DNA of 64,000 bases from the human T2T-CHM13v2.0 reference genome, Homo sapiens: NCBI RefSeq assembly GCF_009914755.1, contig NC_060929.1. The stretch is one strand, 5' to 3'. Of the stretch, positions 27,441 to 41,531 are shown one piece after another (within the stretch, counting starts at the first letter, position 1; each line of letters opens with the position of its first letter). The notes beneath the pieces were generated by a model. The model made no database searches. It had not been told where the DNA came from and was given only the letters and a program-made list of their open reading frames with translations. The position numbers were made by a program, and so were the translations under genes.

Positions 27441-28734
27441 CTGGGGACCAGTGGCTTAACTATAAATCAAAACTATGATTTTTATAAAACATGCTTTCAG
27501 TTGACCTCTTCTTATGGATGTATTGTTAACCCTCCATTTAATATTTAAACAGGTTCAATACAACACCACCTGCATTCTGAAAGTGATTTCTGTTAGCATC
27601 AGTAGTCTCTTTCCTTACTTTAAATTGGATTCTGCTGCTTCAGATGTTTTCAGTCACCGTTTATGAATCATTCTTGACATCAAGGTTTGGATTATTAGGT
27701 TAAGTAAAAAGCAATTTGAAAATGGTTCAGTGGTGGCAAAAATAAGACATTTATGATGAATGTAAATTATGCAGGATCTTAAGGTTGTAAAGAGTCAGCA
27801 ACCCCTGTTTTTGAAGAAAGTTGACTGCGTATCAGTTGAGCTTTAACTCAATAGTAATACCTCGAGTCCAGAATTCGTCTAATCCTGTTGAGATCCTTGT
27901 TCATCTCCGACAAGATCAAAAAGCCACCAAGAAAAAAGGTTAAAAAAATTTTTCTACTTACTTTTTCTACCTTTGGATTGAAACAAATATTTAATTATCA
28001 AAGCACTAGCTAGATTCTATGGAGACTACAGGGTTCCTTCTTTCAGGGGGCTGATGGTAGGGGTAAGAGAGGGGAAGGTGGTTGGGAGCCTTAGCAAGAC
28101 TTCATGCTCCTTCCCACCAAACTCTTCTGAAGGATTTAAGGAGAAAGGTCTTGTCACCTAGGACTGAAGAGTATCTCCTTATGGCTTTATCCCCTTGCAT
28201 TCAGCCTGACAGCAGTGCCTGCCTAGCTCATAGAAAAATTTCCACACCCACAGCCTCTTATGCCTGGGTAGCCACATTTTCTCTCTCCTGCACGCCACCC
28301 CCTCCCGCTGCCCAGTAATGGTGGCTGATTGGATTGAGATGAACACGGGGACCCAAGGACATCTAATTATCTGGCAGTGACTTGTGACATTGTCTTGTCC
28401 TAAAAGATAAGCTAGACCAAATGTATTTCCTCTTGAGAATTTAATCTAGGAAATATCCAGTGGAAGCTGAAGTTGATAAACTGCATGGAAGAATGCACCA
28501 TGAGGCAGTCGGGGCCTTAAGATGGACTCAGAGCTATAAGGCATTATGTCAAACTAAAGTTATGAATAAGAAACACATCTATGAGCATACAGAATCTAAA
28601 AATTAGAACACATATATTCAGAGGAGAAGAAAAAAATAAATCACTTGGGATGAAAATAAAAAACAAAAACTATTTTTTAATTCCCCCCCTCCCTTTTCAC
28701 CAGAATTATTATAACAACTCCAGCAAAGGATAAT

Positions 28735-28880
28735 ATTGTGGACTGGTTAAGTAGGTCTGCTGTGGAGTCAGGCAACCTGGGTTTAAATCGCAGCTTGTCT
28801 ACTTAATAGCTGAAGGTTCATAATTATGCAAATTAGAAAACTCTTTATGCAGCAGTTTCCTCCTGCCTCAGAATCTGGAG
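28735..28880 (+). mobile_element. MIR SINE
   Basis: tggttaag..tggagtcaggcaacctgggtttaaatc..cagtttcctc. Confidence 0.65.
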
Positions 28881-29659
28881 AGGATAAAACTGAAAGGAGT
28901 GCTTTTAAGAATCATTTTCTTATTATTAGGTGAGATTTTGGGGATGCTCACCACCTTTTGTTTCCAAGTCACTGACATTTTCTGGAGACTTCAGTGTCCC
29001 AGTAACCTTCCTAGTCCCCGAGTATGTTTGTAAAAGCACCTACCCATTGGAAACTAGTCTCTAGCTGAAATATCACACTCTGCTGGGGGGCTTTGGAGCA
29101 AGATGTCACTTTAGAGGACACTGACTACTCAAAACCTCCTGTATTCCTGCACAATACAGCTCCACCTCTTCCAGCCTTAGCTCTTTTTTTCCAAGATAAT
29201 TGCTCTAGTCCTGACAGAGTTATTGATTTCAAACATTTCCCTAAAATACAAGTTTCCAAATTCGTTTATTTTCTATCTCTAACTGGAGTTTTCTGCATAT
29301 GTCGCTCCTCTTCGCCTCTCCTGAATCCTCCCCTCCTATAAGGTCTTCCGTGAACTTTTCCCTACTCATTCCACCACACATTAGACTTGCCTTCCTCGAG
29401 TCTCCCTGTGTGTGCAGTTCATTTCCACCTGTGTATGCTGTCTGTGGCATTATTTCTAGGCTGCAGGATCTACACAAGACTGCTCCATGCTGTCTAGTAC
29501 TGTGCCTCAAACACTGTGTTTAGTGAACAACTGTTAATTCTTTGGGGGAGGATCATATTTCTGTCAGTTTGCCACAAGACTCAGCAATATGGTGAAAAAC
29601 CACCAAAACCACCAAAAAGAAGCTTTATCCATGACTTGTAGGAGCAAGGGAAGATCACA

Positions 29660-30085
29660 TTGTTTCAGGTTGGATTGTCTAGGAAGCAGATTCTGGGATG
29701 CAGGTTAATAGGCAGGAGGTTCATCAGGCAAAACTCTCATGGTCAATCACTGCAGAAGGGGAAGGAAGGAAGGAAGCAGGATTGGGCAGAGAGAGAAATC
29801 AGGCTGCAGAGCAATTATAACAAGACCTCTGCACACCCCATGGGTGACCTTGAACCCAGCATAGCCCTTCAGAGACTTCCCAAATGGGAAAAAGGGCACA
29901 AGGCCTTTATACCCGTTCCCACCCCACTGACCAGTTTTTAGATGTGGACTGGCCTGGGAAGGGGCAGGTCTCTTCAACTGAGGAAAGACCCAGAGAGGGC
30001 TGACAATGGAAGCCCATCTGCTGGCATCATTCCCAGCAGCTGGAGGAATTTGTCCTTTGAGGATCTGGGAGACACAGCACAGAAT
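29660..30085 (-). mobile_element. LTR16-type ERVL LTR
   Basis: caggttggattgtctaggaagcagattctgggatg..gaagcaggattgggcagagagagaa. Confidence 0.65.
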
Positions 30086-32226
30086 CCAAAACAGACTTCT
30101 GCAAAGGCTTAAGAATCCTGGAGCTAAAAAGATCCAGTCTAGACAGTATCAGACAAGGTCCATATCTGTGGCAATAACCTGCTTTTGATTCCTCAGCAGG
30201 TTCTCTCCTGCCCATGTCATAAAGTACACACACTCTTCTGCCTGGCATCTAAGCCCCGCAAGGGACAAATCCAAAAACACAAGAATGATTTCTCCTTGGC
30301 TCATGGTTTTTCCTCCATATTCATCCTTTGACACCCCAAGCCCTGTCCACCATGAAAGCCAACTCATTTCTCCCATCTCTTCCTCCACTGAGCCCTTGCC
30401 CCAGCCTTTGCCGCCAGCTCCTGCCCGGGCACATGTAGATTCTTCCACCTGCTCCATTCATTTGGGTCCCTGAAAATTCCTACTGTATGTGGCTGTATAC
30501 CTAGGAGATGTGTATAACCTGCTCTGCCTGTGAGATATTAAGCTCCTTGAGGGTGAGAACTGTGTTTCTAACACTTGGCAGAGAGCCGAGTGCACAACAG
30601 TCACCCAAGACATACTTACTCCTCAAAACCAGACCCATCTCAGGTCAGCAGTGTAGAAGAAAAAAATGCTCATCAATGAGCCTCACTTAGCTGTCTTCTC
30701 ACGTGGGTTCCTGTGCTTCAGTAAGAACTCAGAAAGCACAGTTCATGAGACAAAGACAAAGGGGGAGAAATAAAGGAAAAGGCCCCTGCTCAGATGTTCT
30801 CCTCACTCACAGCATACTTCAGGACAGGAAATAGAAACTTCCTGCCAATTCAAACAACATTATTTTTGTAAAAGCTTATCCACAGGCATGTAGAAAGAGG
30901 TGCACATGAAATGAGTTCATCATATATCATATGAATTGGTTAAAATTGAATTCAAGTAAATCAGAAAATTTTGAAGAGCCACACAATTTTAAAATTCACA
31001 GTCATTTCCCGAAAGTACCGTCTGGTAAAATTGGCTTATCACCTCACTTTTAATACACATATGCGATTTCCTGCTTACAGCATTTCCCCAAGGAATGAAA
31101 AAAAAAATTACAACTGAGAAAGTTTTATAAGAGGGATTATCTATGGTTTCTGAATAAGAAGGCTTCTGCCTCTCCAAGCACACCTGCAGCTCCTAATGAC
31201 CGATTTACGCAATTTTCCTCTCTACTTGAATCAAAAATGGTAATAAATGTTGTACATATCTCAAACAGTGAATTTTTTTTAATTTTGTATTTACTGGTTC
31301 GTGGAAATGATTCCATCTAGTTTACCAAAGTGGAGGGGTAGGTTTGCATGGAGCAATAAGGGATAAGATAGCCAAAGAGACAAAGTCAGTTGAAAAAAAA
31401 AAATCTGTGTGTCTGGCTTTCTGTATGAATTATGACTATTCAAGGGGGAAAAAAAATCTGAACATTTGCCAAAAAGACTGGCGTGTAAAGGGACAGCTGG
31501 AGTTTTCTGTTAGAGGTTACAATGCATTGCTTGTTCCACAAGGGCAGAATGGAATCGCTTACCACAGCGACCCACACATTGCTTGAGACACTGGCACATC
31601 GATACCTCATGAAGCATTTTCTTCAAAAGAAAAGAACCAGATATTTCAGGAAGGTCATTGAAGATGCTTTGACCACAGACATGCTGACCTTACTGATAGA
31701 GATTTGTAGCCTTTGTGGCGTGTGGACTTAGTCTCTATAGATGCCTTCATTGTGCTATAACTTTTATACAGGATGTATTGTTTGAACTGCCAACCCTAAT
31801 TCTAATTCCCTTGGGGACTCAGGAAATTCTAACTAAATAAAATAAAACCCCATTGTATTTTTCCTTGTTTGAGATGCAAATATGCAAATAACATTTTTAA
31901 CAAGAATATGAATAAACACATAGCACATGACACACAGTTGGAACTTTCAATGGGACTCTAAAACTGAAATAATTTCAACAGCAAAGTAAAAATGAGGGAA
32001 GAAAAATGAAAATTGAACCAAAACCATGTTAAAACATCTCTCATCAGAACCAGAGACTCTGCCACCACTGTGCTGGGTGTTCCCAGCAGGTCTGTTTGCT
32101 CATCAGCCCTGAGAACACCACTAACCAATCCTGCACGGGCAACCCTCTTTACTGGGGTCAAATGCAGACACTTAGGGAGAATCATGTCTTTTTTAACCCT
32201 AGATTTAAAGAAACAAACAGAAAACT

Positions 32227-33186
32227 TTATTTTTTTAAATTTTACTTTAATTTCTGGGATACATGTGCAGAATGTGCAGGTTTGTTACATAGATATACAT
32301 GTGCCATGGTGGTTTATTGCACCTATTGACCCTTCATCCAGGTTTTAAGCCCACATGCATTAGTATTTGTCCTAATGCTCTCCTTCCCCTTGCCCCCAAC
32401 CCCCCATCAGGCCCCAGTGTGTGATGTCCCCCTCCCTGTGTCCATGTGTTCCCATTCTTCAACTCCCACTTATGAGTGAGAAAATGCAGTTTTTGGTTTT
32501 CTGTTCCTGTGTTAGTTTGCTGAGAATGATGGCTGCTTCCAGCTTCATCCATGTACCTGCAAAGAACATAAACTCATTCTTTTTTATGTCTGCATAGTAT
32601 TCCATGGTGTATATGTGCCACATTTTCTTTATCCAGTCTATCATTGATGGGAATTTTGGTTGGTTCCAAGTCTTTGCTATTGTGAATAGTGCTACAATAA
32701 ACATACATGTGCATGTGTCTTTATAGTAGAATGATTTATAATCCTTTGGGTATATATCCAGCAATGGGATTGCTAGGTCAAATGGTATTTCTGGTTCTAG
32801 ATCCTTGAGGAATCATCACACTGTCTTCCACAATGGTTGAACTAATTTACACTCCCACCAATAGTATAAAAGTGTTCCTATTTCTCCACATCCTCACCAG
32901 TAGCTGTTGTTTCCAGACTTTTTAATGATTGCCATTCTAATGGCATGAGATGGTACCTCATTGTGGTTTTGATTTGCATTTCTCTAATGACCAATGATGA
33001 TGAGCTTTTTTTCATATATTTGTTGGCCACGTAAATGTCTTGTTTTGAGAAGTGTCTGTTCATATCCTTCACCCACTTTTAGATAGGGTTGTCTGTTTTT
33101 TTCCTGTACATATTTTTAAGTTCCTTGTAGATTCTGGATGTTAGACCTTTGTCAGATGGGTAGATTGCAAAACCTTTTTCCATTTT
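32227..33186 (-). mobile_element. L1PA (about PA7/8) 3' end, 5'-truncated, with ORF2 C-terminus remnant
   Basis: ORFs 32459-32764 and 32878-33072 translate to L1 ORF2 (ALFTIAKTWNQPK..WIKKMWHIYTMEYY; [14 protein letters not shown]); TSD aacagaaaac. Confidence 0.95.
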
Positions 33187-34240
33187 AACAGAAAACATTT
33201 TAAAGACTGATTTAACAAATCGGTTTTAGTGAGCCATGATCTGTTCACTATATGTAATTAATGTTCACATCCTAGACTCCCCAAATTGGCAGAACAGTCA
33301 GACTCCATCTCATTGGTTAAGCATATCAGGACATATTAATTAAAACATTTATCTCATATTTAATTTGCCTTAGAAAGCCATATGTTTAAATAAGTACTCA
33401 TGATGCGTATGGAGGGAAAAAATATTTGCTAAGTTCAGGACTTGGAGCATAAACCAACTTCAGGCCAAATGGAGAAGACTCCAGGATTTAGAATGAGAGA
33501 CTTCTAGAGGGCTGTTAGCTGGAGACTCCATTTGGTTTCCTTAATTGCGGCGTATGTACCAGTGCTTGCGTCGTCTCAGACCATGGCCAGCACTGAAGCT
33601 GCAATAATGGCCCAAGAGTTGTTCAAATTCAAGGGCAACTCTGAATCACATAACTGAGAGTGGGCCACTCTCTGGCCATTAAACAACCCCCAACATTCTT
33701 TTTAGATCTTTAGCATTTGTCGTGAGACTTAAATAGGAAGAAATAACTATAGTAGATAAATGATGTTTTCCAAAAAGATTCCAGCTACCAGAAGAATCTC
33801 CTATCATTTAAAATGACTACTGTCAGGTATACTGAATAAAAATAATCTATTACAAAATTTTTGAATGCTCATATTAATGATAAAAGATCTAAAAGAAAAT
33901 AAGAGAAGTCCACATTATGTTTAATGCTTTATTTGTTCAGATCACATAATGTTCCAGAAAGTAGTTCATTATTATTTCTATTGAAGAAATCACTTTCTAC
34001 TTCATTCATGAGGTTTGCTTTCTTTATTATTCCACTGACTAAAGGAGTCCATTTAGCATTTTTGTCATTGATCTTTTATCTTTATTCACATTTTACTCTA
34101 TAATAGCTTATATGACAGTATATATTTCTTAGAATGGGTATTGTCTGTAAATTTTTACTCAAAAAACAAAAAAGGACATCCCTAGTAATTGATTTAAAAA
34201 CTATAGTTTGTAACCACAATTATTATCATCATCATCTAAG

Positions 34241-35306
34241 TTTTTTAAATTGTGGTCAAATATGTATAATATAAAATTTACCATTTTTAAGTGTACAGTT
34301 CAGTAGTAGTAAGTACATTCACATTGTTGTGAAAGCAATCTTGAACTGTTTTGATTTTATAAAACTGAAACTCTGTACCCATTAAACAACTTCCTATTCT
34401 CCTCTCCACCCAGCCTGTGGCAGTCACCATTCTACCTTTTTTTCTAGGATTCTGACTACTCTCGTTACTTCATATAAGTGGAATCATGCAGTATTTATCT
34501 TTTTGTGACTGGCTTATTCCACTTAGCATAATATCCTCAAAGTTCATCCATGTTGTAGCATGTGTCAGAATTTCTTTCTTTTTTAAGACTGAATACTATT
34601 CTACTGTATGTATATGCTACATTTTGTTTTTCCATTCATCCACCAATGACCATTTGAGCTGCTTTTATCTTTTGGCTATTGTGAATAATGCTGCTATAAA
34701 CATACTTATGTAAATATCTCTTCAATATCCTGATTTTAATTCTTTTGGAAATATACCTAAATGTGGAATTGCTGAGTCATATGGTAATTCTATTTTTAAT
34801 TTTTTCAGGAAGCACCATACTGTTTTCCAAAGCAGCTATGCCATTTGACATTCCCACCAACAGTCCACGACGGTTCCAACTTCTCCACATCCTTATCAAC
34901 ACTTGTTATTTTCTGTTTCTTTGACAGTAGCCAACCTGATGGATGTGAGAAGATATTTCATTGTGGTTTTGATTTCCACTTCCCTAATTATTTGTGATAT
35001 CAAACATCTTTTTATATGCTTTTTGACCATTTGTATATCTTCTTTGGAGAAATGTCTATTCAAGTCCTTTGCCTATATTTTAATCAGGTTATTTGAATTT
35101 TTATGTTGTTGAGTTGTACAAGTTCTTTGTATATTCTGGATATTAAGCCCTTATCAGACATATGATTTGCAAATATTTTCTCCCATTTTCTCTAGGTTGC
35201 CTTTCACTCTGTTGATTGTGTTCTTTGATGCACAGAAGCTGTTTATATTTTTAGAAGTTTTCAATTCTGATGAGGTTTAGTTCATCTAGTTTTACTTTTG
35301 TTGCCT
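34241..35306 (-). mobile_element. L1MB 3' fragment
   Basis: ataaaatttaccatttttaagtgtacagttcagt..ggaatcatgcagtattt..tctttggagaaatgtctattcaagtcc. Confidence 0.88.
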
Positions 35307-36822
35307 AAAACCACAGTTCTTCAGTTAGCTTTTTACACTGTATACAAATTAATTAGAATTCTATATCCATCATTGAATTTAGTGCTGCTCCCATTTGGCA
35401 ATAATTTCCAGTAGTTTTTCAATGTTTTTGCTTCATGGATGAGATGATGACATCATCATTTTAAAGTGTTAATTGAGTTGATGAAAATACAGAGATTAGG
35501 GTATATTTAGAGAAAAGAATTTTTTGCCCAGCCAAATTTATGCTACCCACTCTTTTCTGGTTAAAAGTAAAAGGATTTTTAAATTACCATATATTTTAGC
35601 TTTCGTAAGCATAATAAAAGGGAGAAAATTATGCTTTAAATATATAATCAGAAATCTATGCATTTGAAACCAATCAACCAATCAAAGCAAAAGATATTAT
35701 TACTTTCTATAAGTACAATTAACACAGTCTGCCATTCTCCAAAAACCAAATCTTTTGATCTACATTGGGACTAAACAGGAGTTTCTTTGTATACCTTAGA
35801 AGCCCTGAGTGCTGAGAAGCTAACTATGCCGGATAAAATATTAAAGAAGCTCTCTTTGTGTTAACAGAGTTATTTCTCAACATTCATGCAAGACTTAGTA
35901 CCCCACTTTGGTGAAAGTACTACTGTAGGATCATAGTTTCCTGGTGAGAAATATTGTTGCAAACTATCAATAAAGCATATGTGTGTTTATAGGAAAAGGA
36001 AGAAAAGAGTAACAAGAAAGTACAAACATTCGTTATTATTTTTTAATCACCACCATTAAAATCTTTTGCTTACTTCCCTCTATTTCTTTGTGGCATGTGT
36101 TCAAAGATCTACAATGTGGTGTACTGTGTTATTGTTTTTGGCTCAATGCTATATTTAAGCAATAAGAAGTATTTTAGTTTCCTTTTTTCCTTGATAATCT
36201 AACAGCTATTGGAGTGCATAAAGTTTAGGGTCCACTGTCTTTCATTGCAGATTCGTTCTTACAGGTCAAATTGAATTTGGTTTCTGCAGAGCATTCAAGG
36301 TCTCAAGGCTATCTCAGACTCTGCTGCCTTTTGTCACTTGATTTTCAATTTACTGGAAGAAAGTATATTCCTGCTGGTCATGAGTAACTTCTTGTTCCTA
36401 CGTTTATGAGATTTATAAGGGCCAAAGTTATTTATTGATGACCATATGTCACCTCCTAGAGATGAGTACCTGGTCAGATGATGCATAAATGACTCTTAAA
36501 ATAAATATTTGACTATCTATGGAAAGGCAAATTAGCCTGGTTAGATTACAAGAAATATTTTCTTTCTTGGTGTTTTTTCTTTATTCTTTATTTTTTGTTA
36601 CTTTGATATTAACATTGCTTTTATTTGATGTACTTTTGTATTAGAAGGAGAATAAATGTTATGGTGAGCAAATTTAGAAATAAAATGGAGAGTTAAGAGA
36701 AATGTAATTAAAAGAAATAATGGAGAGTAAAGAGAAGGGAGGGAGAATTGCTAGGAGAGTGGAGTAGGGAACTGAAAAAACAAAAACAAAAACCAGAACA
36801 CTTTAACTTCCCCCTCTACTAG

Positions 36823-37221
<399 letters not shown>

Positions 37222-37238
37222 TAGTACAGTGAATTCAG

Positions 37239-37546
37239 AAGAACTGATTAACTGGGAATTTTAGGTGAAGGAATCTTTGAAAGAACTTCATCTAGCTTAG
37301 CCCCACAATTTGCAAGAGAAGATACTACACTGTGAAATCATTTTCCCAGATTCTCCCTGGTTGTTAATAATAGAACCAAAATTAGAACTAATGACCAAGT
37401 CACTGTTATAAATTGATAAATGGAGGGTAATCAAAATTCTAAGATTGAAACAAATCAAAATTTAATGAAGACCACTTTCCATATGTTATACATTCTAAAT
37501 CATGTCATTGCAATCTGTGTGAATAGTGCCCCAGGAGTTGTACAAC
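37239..37546 (+). repeat. Left arm of a 308-bp inverted duplication
   Basis: Reverse complement of 38584-38891; ~47 differences by hand count. Confidence 0.95.
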
Positions 37547-37564
37547 GTGATGGGAGTGCTTCAG

Positions 37565-37710
37565 AGGCCCTGAAAAAGAAATCAGGAAACTTGGGTTTAG
37601 GCCCTGCTACAGTAGGCAAATCTCTTCACCTTTCTAGGCTTCAGTTTCCTCATGTATAACATATAAGGGTTAGACAAATGTTTTCTAAAGTCTTTTCCAG
37701 GTCTGAAAAT
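37565..37710 (+). mobile_element. MIR3-like SINE
   Basis: tcaggaaacttgggtttagg..ggcaaatctcttcacctttctaggcttcagtttcctc..ctaaagtcttttccag. Confidence 0.65.
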
Positions 37711-38319
37711 AAAGCTATAAGATTATCCTCATTCAAGTTCACATATAATTCCCCATATACCCTATCCTGCAACACTTTTCCCAGAGCAATCTTTGCCCAG
37801 TCGATTTCATTGGCATGCAGTCTGCCACATCCATACTCAATCACCTTGTTTGGCCAGCCAAGGTTTGGAAGAGCTTTGCTGCTTTACTCGCTTTGAAGCA
37901 AGCAGAGCTACGCTTCTTTTCTGCATCTATACCACCCAAGAATATATTCCTGATCTGGCCAAGCAAAGTTGCTGAACAGTTCAAAAGGGCAGGGTTTTAT
38001 TTTTTCTTTTCCTTTTTAAATTCTCACCGGAGAACAAAGCAAAGGGCATTAGAAGAACCACATATATCTCAGTTACTGGGCTATGCTCTGTACACAGTCC
38101 TAGAGAGAACAGGTCTCCTTCAGCCCTGAAAATATAAAAAGCAAATCTTAAATTTGTACAGCATGAAGTCAACTCCATTGCTCTGTGGGAAGAACCTCAA
38201 AAATAGACTTGGTTTATTGAAGAACAAAAGAATAAAAACAGATGTAAGCCTTTTGTAAACAGTAGAAAATGATCTGCAGATGATGCAGGGACGGCCATAA
38301 GAGCTGACAAACTTTTAAC

Positions 38320-38450
38320 AAGTACAGTAAGCATGCATCCAGTTTGCCTGAGACAGCCCTGATTATTCCTGTTATCCCAAATTGTTAATAGTACCTCCTT
38401 TAACTGTAAAAATGCCCCAGTTGGAACATTAAATGACATGGTCATTTCTC
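38320..38450. mobile_element. MER94-like hAT-Blackjack element
   Basis: catccagtttgcctgagacagccctgatt..ccagttggaacattaaatgacatggtca. Confidence 0.55.
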
Positions 38451-38583
38451 AAATAAGCGACGCTGCTGAAAGGAAGTCTTCCCCATCCCAGAGGTGGCGG
38501 GGACAGCTCTCTTTAAGGATCCCTTTCAAGAACCTCACCTTGATTTCAGTGTTCAGGAACATTGGGCCCTGTATGCCTATAGT

Positions 38584-38891
38584 GTTGTTCAACTCCAAGA
38601 GCACTATTCATGTAGACTGCAATGACATGATTTAGAATGTATAACATATGAGGAATGGTCTTCATTAAATTTTGAGTTGTTTCAGTCTCAAAATTTTGCT
38701 TATCCTCTATTGCCAATTTATTACACTGACTTGGTCATTAGTTCTAATCTCAGTTCTACCATTAACTTACCAGGGAGAACTTAGAAAAACCATCTCATAG
38801 TGTAGTTTCTTCCCTTGCAACTTGTAGGGCTAAGCTAGATGAGGTTCTTTCAAAGGTTCCTTCAGCTAAAATTCCCAGTTAGTCAGTTCTT
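38584..38891 (-). repeat. Right arm of a 308-bp inverted duplication
   Basis: Reverse complement of 37239-37546, including a 33-nt perfect block. Confidence 0.95.
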
Positions 38892-39560
38892 TTACCACCA
38901 AGCTTTATTGTCCTACCTCAGTTGCCTATCAGCCAAAACATGAGAAAGCTATTTGATCACATATAGGGCTGATCCCATTCCTATCTAAGCCCACGTGAGA
39001 GCCAGTTCCCAATTACAGCATATTCTTGGCCGTGTGTCGTGGAACTGGGAGGAGAAACCATCTTTGTTGAGACATATTGCCTTTCCACAGCTGAAGAACG
39101 ACCTAGCCCTTATTCTTTCTTTTGCTGGGAGAGTTTTATCCCAACAAGGGCTCCTCAAAGATAAGAGATAGGAGAGGGTGTAGTGTGGTAACTGTGAACA
39201 TGCACCATATGCCAACAATAACTAGAAGGGACAGTTTTATACTGGCATACAAGATATTCAAGAGCTTTTTTGTGGTCAAGGGAAGTGGACTGTCAATCCA
39301 CTGTGTATTTTTATAAACAGGAGCCAAAACAAATCTTCAGATTTTTTTGTATGGATCATGTGCTTGGGGAGAGTAATGGTTGTCACTGGGCAAGACATGT
39401 AACATCATCACTCATAGGGAAAGTCAGATCATCACAGAGAAACACATGCACATAAAAGTGGCCTCTGTCGTTCACTGTGAGCCCAGACACATCCTGGGGG
39501 CACAAATGGGAAGAAAGGGAATGAACCATCCGCAGGAGGCATGTTTACTCTGTGGCAGCT

Positions 39561-39563
<3 letters not shown>

Positions 39564-39603
<40 letters not shown>
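39564..39603. repeat. (GT)20 microsatellite
   Basis: Pure GT run seen directly. Confidence 0.98.
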
Positions 39604-39605
<2 letters not shown>

Positions 39606-41175
39606 TTTCTGACAGTGGGTTTTATTTTTAGTTTTTTAAAAGGAAACAATTAACTAGCCAATTCATTTTTGCTTTGTAACAAACGGAGTTTCTCTAAATA
39701 AGCAGGTATTCCTGCATTAGACAATAATCATCCATATCAAGTATATCTTCGGGAAAGAACAGCAAGAAGGATAAGATGTATACAATTTGTGACTACGTGA
39801 ACAGAAAAAAAATTATTTTGCTTTGTTTTCTTTTGTTTTTATTTTTTTTTGTCTTCAGAAAATGCTAAGTGGAAATTTTAAGTAACCATATCATACTCTG
39901 GGAGTTTTGTTTTTTATTTGAAGCATTAATTGTATCAAGACATGTCAAAGTAACATAATCAGAGTTAAATAAATAATTCACCTCTTCATAAGATAACAAA
40001 TATTAGTGCTGTTATTATTGGTATGAATATTTAAGTAGAAGAGAAAAAGCCATTTATTGTGAAAATATTTTAGTAAACTCACACTTCGTTTTCTGGAAAC
40101 ACACCACCACCACTCTCATGTCTGGCTTGTTCATCCTATCTAAAATTTCTTTTTTTCTTTTTTCGTAGAAGTTTGTCATCACCCATAATCCCTGAAGCCA
40201 TGACTTTCTATAATGTTCTTTTGATGACTTTGGAGTAAAGCTTTTCTTCCTCAAAGCTATTTTAGTGAGCTTGTAAATACTCTTAAAACTCACAAAAGGA
40301 GCTGAATTGAACTAAACCCATTCCTTTTCAACTTATGGTTATTTGTCCAATAGTTTCTAGAGAATTTTCCTGAGATACACAATGAAGACAATAAAATAGG
40401 AGGCCTTAAGTATTTGTGTATAACTATGTATTTGCATTGAATTTGCATAGGCCTCCATGGAACATTAAGTTTGTTTTCTGCCTAAAAATATTTATTTGTT
40501 AGGCTTAGATTTGTTTTCCCCTGATATTAAATCTTACCCATATTTGTATCCATCATGCCATTTATTTAAAAATATTTGTTGAGCCTAACTGTCCCATAAG
40601 TTGATGAGAATAAATAGGGAATAAATAAGTTCAGGCAGTCCTTGGGAGGTTCTTCATGGAAAAGATTTCAATCTTTGTCTGACATTTTTGTTTTTTTAAA
40701 TTTTCTGTTTTTGTTTTTAAAAACTTTGTTTTGGTTCCAGTAAGAAAATATTTCAAGTAAGAGACTCTTAAGTAACACTCTGGATCTGGTTTGCCTCTGT
40801 CCACATTTTTTTTTAAGTCTCTGGCTTGTTAAGAAAATCTAAAAGTGGGAGAGAACCAGGAAGGGGAAAAATAACTGGAGTGGGGTCAGGGGAGAGCCTT
40901 TGAGGAATACATTATAGCCTCACCTAGTTTCATGTCCACTACACTCCCGTGGTCCCTGAAGCATACCCTACCTCTCTGACAGCACGCATCACTGTGTTTC
41001 TAACTACTCTGTTACATGACCATTTTCCCTAATCTTTTAATGGTTCGATTGCTTTAGGAGAGATGTCCCCTGAGAATATAAATGGAAGAATCTTGAGCCA
41101 TTCCTCATGATGTACCTTACTTATTAGAATTTATAACTGTTTTTTCAAAAATTAAATAAAAATCTGCTAAGTTAA

Positions 41176-41531
<356 letters not shown>

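Noticed and set aside
27480-27930. Unique-looking stretch considered as an exon or transposase remnant
   Set aside because: No ORF, splice-site pair or family motif that I could support by eye
32459-33072. ORFs with real protein similarity
   Set aside because: They are broken L1 ORF2 C-terminal fragments of a truncated L1PA, not a host gene
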